Of a DNA stretch of 64,000 nt, positions 41,361 through 55,432 are shown piece by piece (position 1 is the stretch's first letter; every line of letters starts with the position of its first letter). Below the pieces are notes generated by a model. The model made no database searches and had not been told where the DNA came from. It worked only from the letters and a program-made list of their open reading frames with translations. The position numbers and the translations under genes are program-made. Where the stretch lies: the NCBI GenBank assembly GCA_964016885.1, contig OZ024746.1:29822001-29886000 (forward strand), written 5' to 3'. This DNA is from Eledone cirrhosa (Eukaryota).

Positions 41361-43287
41361 GAGCGTTTAAAGTAAGAAAGCCATAGCAGAGGAAAAGAAT
41401 ATACATCTGCTACTCGACTAATACACATGATATAAATAAATATATACATACATAAATAAATATATAAATAAATACATAAATAAGTAACATAAGATTATAT
41501 TTGCTGTTAAATATTTTATTTGCTTGTATGAATCTTGTTAATGTTTGGTAGATATTTGATAATATATTGCATCTTTAACATTGGTAATCCTTTGAAATCT
41601 AATTAATATTATTTCTTTTAATAGTATCATTTCTACATTGAAATACACAGACACATAATGCTATAAAATCTCTGAATAGTGTCGACACGTATATAAAGGT
41701 GATTCCATACAACCTGTTCGTGATAAAATATAATTTAGAGGAATATGAGCCGAATAATGCCAACAAAATCTTTGTTTATTTGAGTAGCTGAGCAACGGAA
41801 GTTATATAAAATGTTAAGTCGTCTTGATTTAATTGAAGATTAAAGTTCGATTTTGGTTATTTGAATAGTTCAGTAACTGATGTAATATAAGACCTTAAGT
41901 CTATTTGACATAATGACGGATTAATGGTTGATTATTTATCTATTGATTCTGCTCAATATGTTTTTTGTCCTTGAATAATTGCTTTTAATAAATGTTTTTA
42001 TTTGAAAGACATTTTCAATAAAAAATATGGAAAAGAAACTGTCGATAATTAGATCTGATGAAGGAAACTGTTTCCATTGGTCATTCCATTGCTGATGCTA
42101 TCTGCTGCTCATAATTCATGACAGAAGAAAGACGCTGATCGTCACATCGATTGAAAGAAATGATATTTCCTGAATCTTTCTATGTTGATGGTATCATTCG
42201 GTTACAACACCTAGCAGAATGAGGTGGAATCTGAACTCAGAACGCCAAGAGCTGGAGTAGATAACGCTCGTCATCCTGTTCGATTCTCTAACAATTCTGA
42301 CAATCCACCACATTAGAATGGTATTTTATTTATCGACTACGAAACGATTAAAGGAAAAGTCACCGATGGTATTTGAATTTAGAGCACGAAGCTTTTAACG
42401 ACTCTGCCAAACCGCTGCAAAACATTTATAATTTCTCTTTCTACTTCTTTTTGCTAATTTCTAATTTTTTTCTTCTAAAACTACTTCATAAGTATAAATG
42501 CAAATCCCTCCCATGATCCTCTCTCTCTCTCTCTCTGTCTCCCTCTCCTTCTCTCTCTCTCTCTCGCTCTCGCTCTCTCTTATTCTCCTTTTCTTTCTCT
42601 CCAACTCTCTCCCTTTCAACCTATGTACTCTAGGTTGTACTTCATTCATATGAATTCTTTCGTGAGGTATCCACAACACGTTTGTAAAAACAAAAACAAT
42701 AATTAGTAATACTAAGATTTTATGTTCAAGATATCAAAGAGACGTTGACTGAGAGTCTCACCGGTCAGAATTGTGAAATGTGTTAACCCGGAGGACAAAG
42801 AGGAAGATGTGCTGAACGATCCACTCTATATACCGTGTCATTTACAAAATATTAGATGAACATTGTCTCCGGATGTTTATGTGTAAAATTACTAATGTAT
42901 TGCTTCTAGGTTTAATGAAGGAGTTGCACTAAAACAGTCACTCCATATCGCGTAGCTAAATCTTTCTTGTCCCACACTTATAATTTTTCATATTCATATT
43001 TAGCTACTGTCAATGATTTAAAATTTTCAATCAGTGAACTCTTTGTTTCAACAATTAATGTTATCTAATGCCAAATAAAACTAATCAAGTAAACCAAGCA
43101 AATTGCTGCAGAAAATAGGCGAAATTAGAGATTCATAACACAAAACATTAAATTTGCAACTTATAACAAGTATACGATAAAATAATATTATATCAGACTG
43201 TAATGTCCTCCCAATTAAGCTTAATTCTACTTCAACTGAATTAATGATATTACAGTGTCATTATAACAATCCCACAGACATACCTTA

Positions 43288-43358
<71 letters not shown>

Positions 43359-43445
43359 CAAAGGAATTGTGGTAAGGAACCAAATGGACCATAACGCACC
43401 AGAGTACTCAATACTTAGGGTAGTAGAGTGGGAAGTAGTAAAAAG

Positions 43446-43547
43446 TATGACCCCGACGGCAGAGCTCAAGCCTTTTCGACGGCTATTTCTGGACTGAATT
43501 AGAATTTTTAGCCTGGTGAATAAATAGCCGAACTTTTCAAGGGGGTA
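43446..43547 (-). ncRNA. Type I hammerhead in the PLE pLTR, U3/A8 core variant
   Basis: Minus: ACCCCC|TTGAAAA|G-TT-CGGCTATTT..AAATAGCCG-T-C|GAAA|AGGC-TTGAGCTCT-GCC|GTC^|GGGGTC. Confidence 0.7.
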
Positions 43548-44277
43548 CTTCCTTATATGGGAAGATTGTAGTTGTCTAGAGGATTGGTTAAAATGTATTG
43601 TAAACACAAATAAGTCTATCATGGCATTTGGTGGGAAGTAGGGGTGGCTGAACTTGCCTGTAGAACAATAGAGGAGTGAGTGGAGCAGTCAAGCGTTGAA
43701 AGTGATATGTATACATCAGATTCTAAGGATAGTGTATGAAGTGGGGGAGGGAGGTTATAGAATAGGTAAATCGAAAGAGAGTAGGAGACAATAAAAGATA
43801 CTAGAAAGAAATTAAAAAATAAAAAATATATAAAATTAGATAGTGAGAAATGAATAAAGAAATCACAATGCTATCTTCCAATTACAGGTTAATAAGTTGA
43901 ATAGAAAAACCACATAGAAATTACAAAACAGATACAAAGTTAAAGGGTTTTTTAACACATCTGCTATAAGTAGTTAGTAAAACGTATTCGGCTAATTCTA
44001 TCTTAAAATAACAGGCGTGGGGGAACTGATGCTACAAGGCCCGATGGGCTGCATCGGGGTAGGCGAAAAAGGAAAGCAGACGAGGAAGAAAATAGGGAGT
44101 GGAAGGAAGTGATAGGATGAGACAGGGGGAAGAAGGAGACAAAGAGGAAAAGAAAAGAGATACATTTACCTATGTAAGTTGGGGTTCCCCTAACTTATTC
44201 TGCAAGTTTTGTTTGGGCGGTATCAGCCCTTGTCTACCCACCCGCGTCGTTATAGGGTTTGAGGGCGAGGTAAGTCC

Positions 44278-45360
44278 TACACAATCTGTGTTTGCATGCG
44301 GTTACCAGTTCATCTTGCTTAGGAGCTGGTCCTTCGAAAACAGCATTGTAATATTTCCTCCGAGCATAAGTTACACGGACGGCGTCTTCCCGTGTAAGAA
44401 TTAGCTCTGGACAGTAAGCGCCAAGTGAGATTGTAGGTTATATTGTTATCTTGGAGGTCCCAGATGTGGCCCGAATGTGTAGTGGCATGTCGCCGAACCG
44501 GGTTTCGGAAAGTGTGTCGGTGTTGGTAGAGCCGGGTCTTGAAGTCACACGCGGTTAATCCTATATAAGCTTTGTTGGCGGTGTCCGTCCTCACGTTGCA
44601 CTGGTAGATCACGTTACGTTCTCGGCATTTGTTGTTGAGGGGGGCACGTGGATGTATCACGGCAGTTACACCTCCTGGTTGGCTCTCCACTGATGTCTAG
44701 GTTATTTCTTCCATAGGGGTTGAGTTTTTTGTTGTTTGAGGAGACGATGTTTTGTGCGAAGTTAGGTGTGGTGCTGTAGGAGAGTTTGGTGGTGTTTTTG
44801 TTGATTATGTTGTGGTAGCGGTGTTGTAGTGGGAAGTGTTTTTCGAGGAGTCTAAGTAGATTTTCCCGATAGGTGTTGCCACCTCGGCATTGTGGGGAGG
44901 ATTGAACCACGTTACGTTGCGTGAGCGGCGGTGTCACCTGCTGGTTCCGCTAAGGGAAGCTGGATAAAAGAATATTTCCTCCCGGAAGCCACTCCGCTTG
45001 AGGGCCTGATTGTATTGAGGCGCGTGTTCGTCGAATATCTGCTCATTAGCGGACAAACGGGATATGCGGAGGGAGATGTTTTTAACCAGGTTATTGGTGA
45101 TGTTTCTAGGATGGTTTGACCGGCGGTGGATCTAATGCAGGTTGTCGGTGGGTTTCCTGTATGGGTAGTACAGATCATTTTCGAGGTTAAGGGTAACGTC
45201 CAGGAAATTGACTCGGGTTAGGGACGTTTACAGGGTGATTTTAAATCCCCTGTCCCGGAAGGAGTTGATTAGTTATTTATGGACCCGGTCTGTACTACTG
45301 GGGTTGTACCCTTTGAGGGTGAGGAGCCCATCATGCCGGTACAATCCACCGTCGAATGCA
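44278..45360 (-). pseudogene. PLE reverse transcriptase C-half plus GIY-YIG endonuclease (stops and frameshifts)
   Basis: [82 protein letters not shown]. Confidence 0.85.
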
Positions 45361-45410
45361 GGAAACATTTCAGCTCTGCCGTCGGGGTCATACGTTTTCC
45401 TATATATATA

Positions 45411-45489
<79 letters not shown>

Positions 45490-45532
45490 ATTTATATATA
45501 TATAAATATATTCATATATATATATATATATA

Positions 45533-46255
<723 letters not shown>

Positions 46256-46452
46256 CATGCATATATATATATGTGTATACAGACGTACGGTAGTATGTAT
46301 ATATATATACATACATGCACACATATATATATGTACGTATAGATTCACAAAACATTCATTACAATGCTCGGTGTGTTTGTAAGCAAACATCCCGTATTAA
46401 GCCGTAGTGTCTAGGAACCACCGTTGCTCGTTTGTTAAACACTGACAAAGGA

Positions 46453-46495
46453 ACGCTGTACTAGTTTCAAGCTTGTTAGCTATCGTCAGCAACGT
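46453..46495 (-). ncRNA. Minimal type I hammerhead ribozyme (intact core)
   Basis: Minus: ACGTTG|CTGACGA|T-AGCT-AACA-AGCT-T|GAAA|CTA|GTA^|CAGCGT; stem III is the palindrome ACTAGT. Confidence 0.85.
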
Positions 46496-46522
46496 ATACC
46501 TTCCTGTCAGATGGTTGAACGT

Positions 46523-46581
<59 letters not shown>

Positions 46582-47122
46582 TATACCAGATACCGTTTTC
46601 GGTTTCTCTAGTTCAGGTTTAGAGTAGCCTATAACGAGGACTGTTTCAGCATACAGTGATCATTGACTCAACAAGATGTTTATTTGAATCGATTTTTCAC
46701 GATTACTAATTGAGAATAACGATATCGAGACCTTAGAATGCACCCAGGCAATAAAGCATATGAAAATGCTAGAAATAAACCCTATTGTATAGCTTATCTG
46801 TGTTAGTGTCTTTATATATATATATATTTGAAACTATATGTGCTTTAGCGGCTTTCTATGTTAAACAATCGATTACTGATTTTATACGATCGATTTGAAA
46901 CTGTGAAAACTTTAAAGTTTTGATATGTTAAGCTCTGTTGAATCACTGATTTTCCTTCACTTCATCGCAAGAGTATCTTACACAACATTTTAACATATAA
47001 TGCCTAGTCTGACATGTGTCATCGAGCAAGTTGTAAGCAACTAGATCGAAATCATTGAATATCGATATATATCCTTTTTATATATCTATATCCCTCTTAT
47101 ATATATATATATATATATATAT

Positions 47123-47548
47123 GATCTGCTTAACTTCAATGACTGCTTGTAAATAACATTATTTTTCTTCCACATTGTCTTTTTACGTTCCACATTATGC
47201 ACGTTTTTTTTCCTTTTTTCTTTTTTCTTTTCACTTCATAAACCTTGTTTGTAAATAACATTATTCTTGCTGCACCTTCTCTTTAACATGTGCGACACCA
47301 CACTAATACATTTCACTATAATTTGATAATGCATATAAATGCTGAAACCGGTAATAGACAATAATTAAATAGATAAATAGATAAATAAATGCCATTGTTA
47401 AATAATAAATAAATCAACTAATACCTTAACACTTCACACAAAGTAAAACATTTCGCTTTAATCATTTTCTAACCCAGAAAAAAGAGAGAGAGAAACAAAA
47501 AGGGAAAAAAAATATTTTTCTTCCTCATAATCGTCTCTTTCTCCCTAT

Positions 47549-47555
<7 letters not shown>
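47123..47555 (+). mobile_element. pLTR-like element with a minimal U3/A8 hammerhead (47316-47358) in (TA)n
   Basis: TTGATAA|T-GCAT-ATAA-ATGC-T|GAAA|CCG|GTA; homologous to 63530-63955. Confidence 0.75.
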
Positions 47556-47585
<30 letters not shown>

Positions 47586-47645
47586 ATTAAAAAAAATAAC
47601 GAATAAAACAATGAAACAGTTCCTTATATTAAACAAAAAAAGTTC

Positions 47646-47793
47646 ATTATTTAACGATCGTTTCTAGGACATATATGTGTTAGAATTGGCATGCATATTC
47701 AACAGATCTATGTACAAAATTATACAAAATTATACAAACTATCAAATATAATATACATACCAAACACATACATATGCCGTCTTCAGAAATAAT
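47646..47793 (-). ncRNA. Type I hammerhead ribozyme with a ~17-bp stem II and a large loop
   Basis: Minus: ATTATTT|CTGAAGA|CGGCATATGTATGTGTT..AACACATATATGTCCTA|GAAA|CGATC|GTT^|AAATAAT. Confidence 0.8.
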
Positions 47794-47803
47794 TAGGTTT
47801 ATC

Positions 47804-47895
<92 letters not shown>

Positions 47896-48640
47896 TATAT
47901 ATATATACATGTATATTTATATATATGCATGTATTTTCGATAATTTTGCTTTAAGAAATGTTTTCCTGATAAGAAACTAAAGGAAGAATTAGGAATAAAT
48001 TTAATTCTATCACATAATTAAAATATAGATAATCATCCCTCTTCAGGTTTGGCGATGTACAATGTATTTTATTATAGATAGGAAAGCATAGCAGTGCATC
48101 TAATGCCTAGGGTTTGAATAATTTACATTAAGCATGGAACCACTGACATTCAGACCACTAATATTAGTTCGCTACTCTGTTAAAAATCAATTACGTGTTC
48201 TGTTGCATGAAGCATGGTTTGAAAGGAATTTAGACATAGTATGAGACAACATTGGTGTATACCAAACTAAGTTTTATATATATATAAATATATACATATA
48301 TAAGAACGGAACTCCTGCTGATGAAATCAATCCTCTATTCGATCATGGAATACCACGAGCGTGCTTGTTACGCAAGTCGGATATTTGATTTCGAATTCAC
48401 AGAAACACTTTGAACATATACCGTTTAATTTGTCTAGGTGTATCTTTTTTAACCTGTTAGTTTTTTCGTTGCTCTGGTATTGTGTGTTAGGTTTTGCCTA
48501 CCGCAATGTTCAATTTGTCAAGCTATTTAAACGTATGTTGTTACTCTCAGGACCTACCCTTATCGAATGCTTTGCTAACTCATTCATATTGTAGGTCGAC
48601 TTTGCTTGCCCACAGCCAAAGCTTCGATTTTACCAAGCCC

Positions 48641-48676
<36 letters not shown>

Positions 48677-48795
48677 ATACTTTGGCAGGGTCATGCTGCT
48701 AATAAAAACAGACGCACATGCCGGTTTTCACTTTAATTTATTATAAATTTTCCGATAGTTGGTTGGTTCGATAACCGCAAGGTTGTATATATATT

Positions 48796-48838
48796 GTCAA
48801 AGATCTTTCGTCGCACATTCTATGACCTCCTCAGTGAC
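48796..48838 (-). ncRNA. Minimal type I hammerhead ribozyme
   Basis: Minus: GTCA|CTGAGGA|G-GTC..GAC|GAAA|GAT|CTT^|TGAC; stem III is the palindrome AGATCT. Confidence 0.65.
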
Positions 48839-48903
48839 TAGGTTTTTATTTTGTGTCTCTCTTTGTTCTGTCCTACACCATCTTTTCTTTGTCAGTTGTG
48901 TTT

Positions 48904-48992
<89 letters not shown>

Positions 48993-48993
48993 G

Positions 48994-49035
<42 letters not shown>

Positions 49036-49036
<1 letters not shown>

Positions 49037-49215
49037 GAACCAGTAAGACCCCGACAGCTGAGCTCAAGCCGTTTCGACGGCTAATTAGCCGTCGAAACGG
49101 CTTGAGCTCAGCTGTCGGGGTCTTACTGGTTCCTATTACCCACTCTACTACCTCAAGTATTGAGTACTTTGGTGCGTTATGGTCCACCTGGTTCCTTACC
49201 ACATTTCCTTCGTTA
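49036..49215 (+). mobile_element. Hairpin-capped mini-copy of the Naiad-like pLTR (perfect 98-bp palindrome)
   Basis: 49036-49133 is self-complementary with no spacer, then the pLTR tail. Confidence 0.85.
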
Positions 49216-49392
49216 TATATATATATATATATATATATGAATACACAGGCACGTACATGTACACATGCGTGTTTACAATACATTTAGGTACATAGATGCA
49301 TACAAGCATTCATAAATATGTAGGTACTCATGATTAGCAAAATACGTGTGTACTCAATATATGAGTACACATACATATACCTCGATACATGC

Positions 49393-49426
<34 letters not shown>

Positions 49427-49527
49427 ATGAGTGTGTGTGTATATGTGTGTGTGTGTATATATATATGGATTGTTAGATAGATACACATATGTATATGTAC
49501 ATCCATATATATATATATATATCTATC

Positions 49528-49591
<64 letters not shown>

Positions 49592-49627
49592 ACACTTCTA
49601 TTTTTTAAAATATATTTATATATACTA

Positions 49628-49693
49628 TATTTTATCTGACGAAGGCATGCCATATTTTTAATATGGTATCCCTGAAATATGTATAATGAAATA
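49628..49693 (+). ncRNA. Type I hammerhead ribozyme
   Basis: TATTTTAT|CTGACGA|AGGCATGCCATATT-TTT-AATATGGTATCCCT|GAAA|TATGT|ATA^|ATGAAATA; 3' tail shared with ~18950-18976. Confidence 0.75.
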
Positions 49694-49734
49694 AATATGG
49701 TTTTATAAATATAGTTTCCATTTGTTTAATATCG

Positions 49735-49776
<42 letters not shown>

Positions 49777-50340
49777 CATACATACATTTATATATAAATA
49801 TACATTTATACAATCTTATACACGCATACACACATGTATATATATATATATATATATACCTACATTTGCAGTGAGAGAGTAATATCCTATCAATATTGGT
49901 GTGAATTAATGAACAACTGTATTCATTATTTTAAAAATATTTCTTATTGTCTTACTTCAGAATTTGTGTTCGCTTTTCCAATATCAGCATCGATATTAAA
50001 ACTTGTGATGTTCCAATAATCAAAACCTAATTACACCCAAACTGATATCGTTTTAGCAACTATAGCATTTATCAAATTGTAATATAATATACATTATAAT
50101 ATGAACATGCGGTCGATGTACTAGAAATAGAGGAAATTCAGTTAACGAAATGTAGTCGTCCATATGCAAGTGACTATAATAATTGTCATTCAATATAAAA
50201 AATCGGTTAAAGAACCGATGTATTCGGATAAAGTGAACCTAAGACGCATCTGGGACTACTTTGTGCAAATATATATGTAAAGATATATATATATATATAT
50301 ATATATATGGTCCATCTGGTTCCTTACCACAATTTCTTCG

Positions 50341-50376
<36 letters not shown>

Positions 50377-50423
50377 TTATATATATATATAAAATTATAT
50401 ACATATATATATATATATATATA

Positions 50424-50600
50424 TTTGTTTCTACTTTTGGCACAAGGCCAGTAATTATCCAGTGCATTACTGGTACTTTATTTCATCGACCCCGTAAGGA
50501 TGAAAAGCAAAGTTAAACTCGGCGGGATTTGAACTCAGAATGGCCGTAACTCTATGCGTCAAAGCATGGCGTCCGACCTTCTACCGACACTGCCAATCCA
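50424..50600 (-). mobile_element. SINE (major family)
   Basis: Reverse complement of the consensus. Confidence 0.9.
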
Positions 50601-51098
50601 GCTGTCAACAGCACCGTATACCTTCCTGTCAGTTGATCGAACGTTTGAAAGTATATCTTTTCCTTATGCATATTAACGGCTGAGCAGCCTAATTTACATA
50701 TTGAGTGACTCCGCCGGGCGTACCGAAAACGATAAATGGAAAAAATGAAATTTCATTTCTCACTCTTAGTACAGCTGATACCTAAATATAAGTATGTATA
50801 CGTACATACCTTCCTGACAGGAAGGTATACGGTGCTGATGACAGCTAATAAGCTAGTTCATCGTTCTTTTGTCAGTGTTGAACAAAATGGCGACGATGGT
50901 TGCCGAACACTGTACGTCTAATAATTCGGGGTGTTTGTTTTCAAACAAACCGAACATTATAATAAATGTTCGGTAAACCCATACGTACATATATATATAT
51001 ATATGTGTGCATGTATATATGTATATACATACTACTGTATGTATGTATATACATACTACTGTATGTCTGTATACATATATGTATGTACGTATACATAC
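50599..51098. mobile_element. Inverted arrangement of the ~420-nt HHR element (HHR at ~50828-50865 lacks GAAA)
   Basis: Minus segment 50599-50810 and plus segment 50812-51098 join at the palindrome ataccttcctgacaggaaggtat. Confidence 0.75.
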
Positions 51099-51100
<2 letters not shown>

Positions 51101-51137
<37 letters not shown>

Positions 51138-51472
51138 GTTTAACGTCCCTGTTCCACGCTTGCATGGGTTTGGACGGGGGTTTTCCCACTTGAGGCAAGA
51201 GTGGTTGTCTTGCTCGCATAGGACTGTCTGGCGTGTTTTCTACAGCTGGATGCCCTTCCTAACACCAACCACATTTACAGTGTGGGGCTGGGAGGTTTTT
51301 ACCGTGTTGCCTACACGGCCACATTACAGCGTGGACTGTCTGGCGGGTTTTCTACAGCTGGATGCCCTTCCTAACACCAACCACATTTACAGTGTGGGGC
51401 TGGGAGGTTTTTACCGTGTTGCCTACACGGCCACATTACAGCGTGGCCTGTCTGGCGTGTTTTCTACAGCTA
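51101..51472 (-). mobile_element. RTE-related SINE/LINE 3' end with (ATG)n tail and an internal 112-bp tandem duplication
   Basis: tttctacagctggatgcccttcctaacaccaaccac repeated; unit starts at 51221, 51333 and 51445; (CAT)n at 51101-51137. Confidence 0.7.
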
Positions 51473-51510
51473 TAAGTATAAATATATATATATATATATA
51501 TATACATATA

Positions 51511-52016
51511 GGAAAAGAACCAGGACCTCGACGGCTGAGTGCTGGCTGTTTCGACAGCTTGGTCAGAACTAACGTGGTATTGTTAAGACAGCAGTCGCCG
51601 GCTAAACTTATCAAGGAGTAATTGAATATATGGGCAATGCAATGAGTGCGTCGCAGTAGTGTCGTGTCAAGCAGTTCTCAAAGTTGTTTTTCATTTCTGT
51701 CACGGGGAGTGGTCAAAGATTTTGTAAACAGTTAAATTCCTTCATAGTGGCGGGTGTCGGCGGGGGGTGGCTGAACTTGACACGACACTACTGCGACGTT
51801 CTCATTGCATGCGCATATACGGAATTACCCCATGATAAGTTCAGCCAAGTTACTGCTGTCTTAACAATACCGCGTTAGTTCAGACCTAGCTGTCGAAACG
51901 GCCGGAGCTCATCCGTCGTGTTCCTGACTCTTTACCTATTACCCACTCTACTACCGAGTATCGAGTACTTTGCTGCGTTGTGGTCCAGCTGATTCCTTAC
52001 CTCAGTTCCTTCGTTA
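51511..52016. mobile_element. Fold-back copy of a sister Naiad-like pLTR subfamily (arms ~160 bp), with an HHR in each arm
   Basis: 51511-51671 inverted at 51776-51936; HHR cores TTGATAA (51608-51614, -) and ATGATAA (51832-51838, +); same 3' tail as the mini-elements. Confidence 0.8.
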
Positions 52017-52119
52017 TATATATATAGTTCGGAATAAAAGAAAACAAAAAAAAAACAAACACATGAGTAAATGTTACAAATATTATTGGTTTCACACTTG
52101 GTGAGAGTGGGTGTGTGGT

Positions 52120-52153
52120 TGCGACATTTCGGGCATGAGCGCTTCATCAGGAT
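52120..52153 (-). ncRNA. Degenerate minimal hammerhead in a PLE pLTR fragment (~52030-52270)
   Basis: CTGATGA-AGCGCTCATGCCC-GAAA-TGTC; same family as 63132. Confidence 0.55.
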
Positions 52154-52634
52154 GGCGGGGGGAGGAAGTCCGAGAATGAGTGAGGTGGGAGTTAGCGAGA
52201 AAAGTAGAGGTAAAAATAAATTGTAAATGGAACATGAAGTGGGAAGTAAAAGTTATAAAAATGTGTGTGTGTGGATAAGATCTCAGCACAAACTTCAATC
52301 AGCATAGGACATAAATATTTTATATCTGCTAGAATATCTATGTCCTCTGCTGGCTAAAGTTTGAAACATTAAGTAGCATGCATTCGCGTTAAGACCTTAT
52401 TTATAGGCTATATTTCGGCTCTCTACGATGCCTTTATGGTAAATAAAGAAATATATATTTCGGCTATCTACATTATCTAGAGCGCTTTTTTCATGTGATC
52501 TATTTCTTCTGAAATTCTTAGCAGTATGTACATTCACAAACACACATACACACGTACACACACATACATACCTACACACATACATTCATTTATATATATA
52601 CACACACACACGCATATATATATATATATATATA

Positions 52635-52795
52635 GGAACAAGTAAGACCCCGACGGCTGAGCTCCAGCCGTTACGACGGCTTGAGCTCAGCCGTCGGGGT
52701 CTTACTTGTTCCTATTACCTACTCTACTACCCTAAGTATTGAGTACTTTGGTGCGTTATGGTCCACCTGGTTCCTTACCACATTTCCTTCGTTAT
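52635..52795 (+). mobile_element. Hairpin-capped mini-copy of the Naiad-like pLTR
   Basis: Inverted arms 52635-52712 and pLTR tail, in (TA)n. Confidence 0.85.
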
Positions 52796-52815
52796 ATATA
52801 TATATATATATATAT

Positions 52816-53005
52816 AATTGTTTCTACTTTTGGCACAAGGCCAGCAAATTAACCAGTGTATTACTGGTACTTTATTTTGTCGACCCCATAAGGATGAAAG
52901 GCAAAGTTAACCTCGGCGGGATTTGAACTCAGAATGGCAAGGGCCGTAACTCTATGCGTCAAAGCATGGCCTCCGACCCTCTACCGATACTGCCAATCCA
53001 CCACC
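52816..53005 (-). mobile_element. SINE (major family)
   Basis: Reverse complement of the full consensus. Confidence 0.9.
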
Positions 53006-53048
<43 letters not shown>

Positions 53049-53583
53049 CCATATGTATATATATATATATATATATATAGACACATTTCTATGTATATGT
53101 GTATGTATGTATATAACACAGACATACACACATACACACATACACATAACATACGCACACATACACATCTATATAAAAGACATAAAAAACGAGGAAAATA
53201 ATAGAAAACACATTAGGAGACTAATTAATTTTAAATGGAACTATAAATCAGCCTTGCTTAGATACGATGTTGTAAACAGACAATCAATAAGAGTATTGTG
53301 TTCACAAAGGCGAAAACCGTCTTTTGAGAGACATATTAAACATCCAATGACCATAATTCATAAATTTCTTCAATTGTTAATAGTTGATGTGTTAGCATCC
53401 CGGACATCTTTAGCGTAAATTCCTAAACTTTTTATTCGTCACTCAACCATTTGCAGGCATTTATTTACTTATTTACTTATTTACTTATTTACTTATTTAT
53501 TTATTACGCTTTTGATCTCTGAGGGGAAAAATTTAAATACTGATAGTACTGTTTCAACCAGGATAACCACAGCATCATCATCA

Positions 53584-53635
<52 letters not shown>

Positions 53636-54521
53636 TTAATACTACTGCTTCTGCTGCTGCTGCTGCTACTACTACTACTATACATGCTGCTCTTATTACT
53701 ACTACTGCTACTACTACTACACCTACTACTACTACTGCTGCTGCCGCTTCTATTGTTAATAATTATTTCTTTTATTGGTCACAAAGATCCAAGATATTGT
53801 GGACAATAAAAAAGAAAAGAAATCAACAGGTTGGGGTTTACATCACGTGAAGGAAATGGGACATCACTGAAAAGTAAACAATATGGATAACAACAATGAA
53901 ATTTATAATAAATATACATAACAATAGAAATCAATAACAATATCGAATGTCAACAAGAACCATTTCCCCAATAGTGATGGTGGAGAAGGAAACTGCTCTT
54001 GAGGATAATTCCAGGGAGAAACCCAAATAAAAACCCTGAGTTACTCTGTTGACTCAAGTGATTGAAAGTGCCCTCTCCCAGTTTCCTTCGCTCTGCTTAG
54101 GAAAGCATTGTCAAAGTAGGCCTATTCAGCTTCGACAACCCTTCATAAAACACTAGAAGACAATACACCTCTCTCTCTCTAGCCTCCCCTTCCTCCTCAA
54201 GTGAAACTTGAAGAAGTTAAGGAGGGATTAGTCAGAAAGGAAAATTCCTGTCTTAAATGCTTTTAGGCGAGTCAATCATATAGCTTCCTGTATGGTTGAG
54301 CATAGATACCAGGCAGAGGAAGATTTGGTGCGTCTCCTTTCTCAAAGAGAGGTGCAGATCGATTTTCACTATATGCCCTGCTGATAGCTGGATCTGTCTT
54401 ACACGTGATAGCAGTCTTTCGACACACGCCCACAATTCTGCAATGTACGGGAGATAGCAGGTAGGACAACAATGTATGTTATAACTATACTATTTATAAT
54501 ATTGATAATAAATATTAATAA

Positions 54522-54725
54522 TAATTTCTGATTTAGACACAAGGGCAACAATTTGGGGGGAGGGGAAAGTCGATTAAATTGACCCCAGTGCGTTACTGGT
54601 ACTTTATTTTAGGATGAAAGGCATAGCTAACCACAGCGGGATTTAAACTCGGAATATAAAGAGCCCTAACTGTATACCACAAAGCATATCCGACGCTCGA
54701 GCAATACTATCATTCTATCAACCTA
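54522..54725 (-). mobile_element. SINE (major family, longer-tail variant)
   Basis: Has the gtcgatttaatcgac hairpin tail variant also seen at 1164, 16303 and 55903. Confidence 0.75.
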
Positions 54726-55129
54726 ATAGTAATAATTATCTTGTCCTTTTGTAAGGTTTCTCTAGCAAGCGATTGCTAGGTGAAGCGTGTTAACTCGCCT
54801 CAAATAAATCCCTGATCTTAGAGATTCAATGCATCGAGTAGGATTCTGCTAGTGCTAGTAACGGTAGAAATTTAGGCACAGCCTATGACGTCGGGGATTC
54901 CCAGGGTTTTGATGAAAGACGTAATGCGTTTAGGGATCGTATTTACTTCCTCAGTGCTGGCACGACTTCTGTCTCTGCATGATGATCAGTTTTAATAGAA
55001 TCTGCAAGATCTGCATATTTATTGATATTTTCATATCACCTAGTCAGCCACATTGTGGTCTCGATGGATCGTAATATAAATTAGAGTCTATTTTGGCAAG
55101 TTGTTCATTTTAAAATCAATATCAAGGCG

Positions 55130-55432
55130 TTTGAGTTGAACTTTGAATGTAGTCTTGATCTCAAGGTCTCAAAATAACTCTACTCCCTAACCTGATATGC
55201 AGGACTGAAGAATATGTTTGTACCACTGACATTCCGTTTTGATGTTATATTTTTTGCACAAATCCCGATGGACTCTTCTTACTATAAGATCATACCAGAT
55301 TTTATAACGGTACGTCCTGTATATCTGAGACTGCAGTTAGCGGTTTGATGTTTATTTGGACAACATTTCCAGTTAAATAATATCAATGACTGAGATATTA
55401 ACAACAACAATTACAACAACAATAATAATAAA
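55130..55432 (+). mobile_element. Degenerate 3' end of the Dong/R4 LINE
   Basis: tacgtcctgtatatctgag.ctgcag...tttccagttaa..atcaatgactgagat matches 25655-25740; (CAA)/(TAA) tail. Confidence 0.8.

Larger units (their letters stand above)
43357..45402 (-). mobile_element. Penelope-like element (Naiad-like), 5'-truncated, with a short inverted 5' pLTR piece, in (TA)n
   Basis: Partial RT and GIY-YIG on the minus strand; 3' pLTR with HHR at 43446-43547; inverted agctctgccgtcggggtcatac at 45374-45402. Confidence 0.85.

Noticed and set aside
42055-42075. CTGATGA followed by a ggaaac/gtttcc hairpin
   Set aside because: No downstream GAAA or stem III; part of the minisatellite.
44278-44690. Selenocysteine (UGA) recoding reported for some Naiad elements
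   Set aside because: The cysteine positions of the CNC..CP..C and CNLC motifs are TGY codons here, and the stops seen are TAA/TAG decay.
48318-48405. CTGATGA with a long aatcaa/ttgatt stem
   Set aside because: The 3' core reads GAATTC with no valid stem III; not called.
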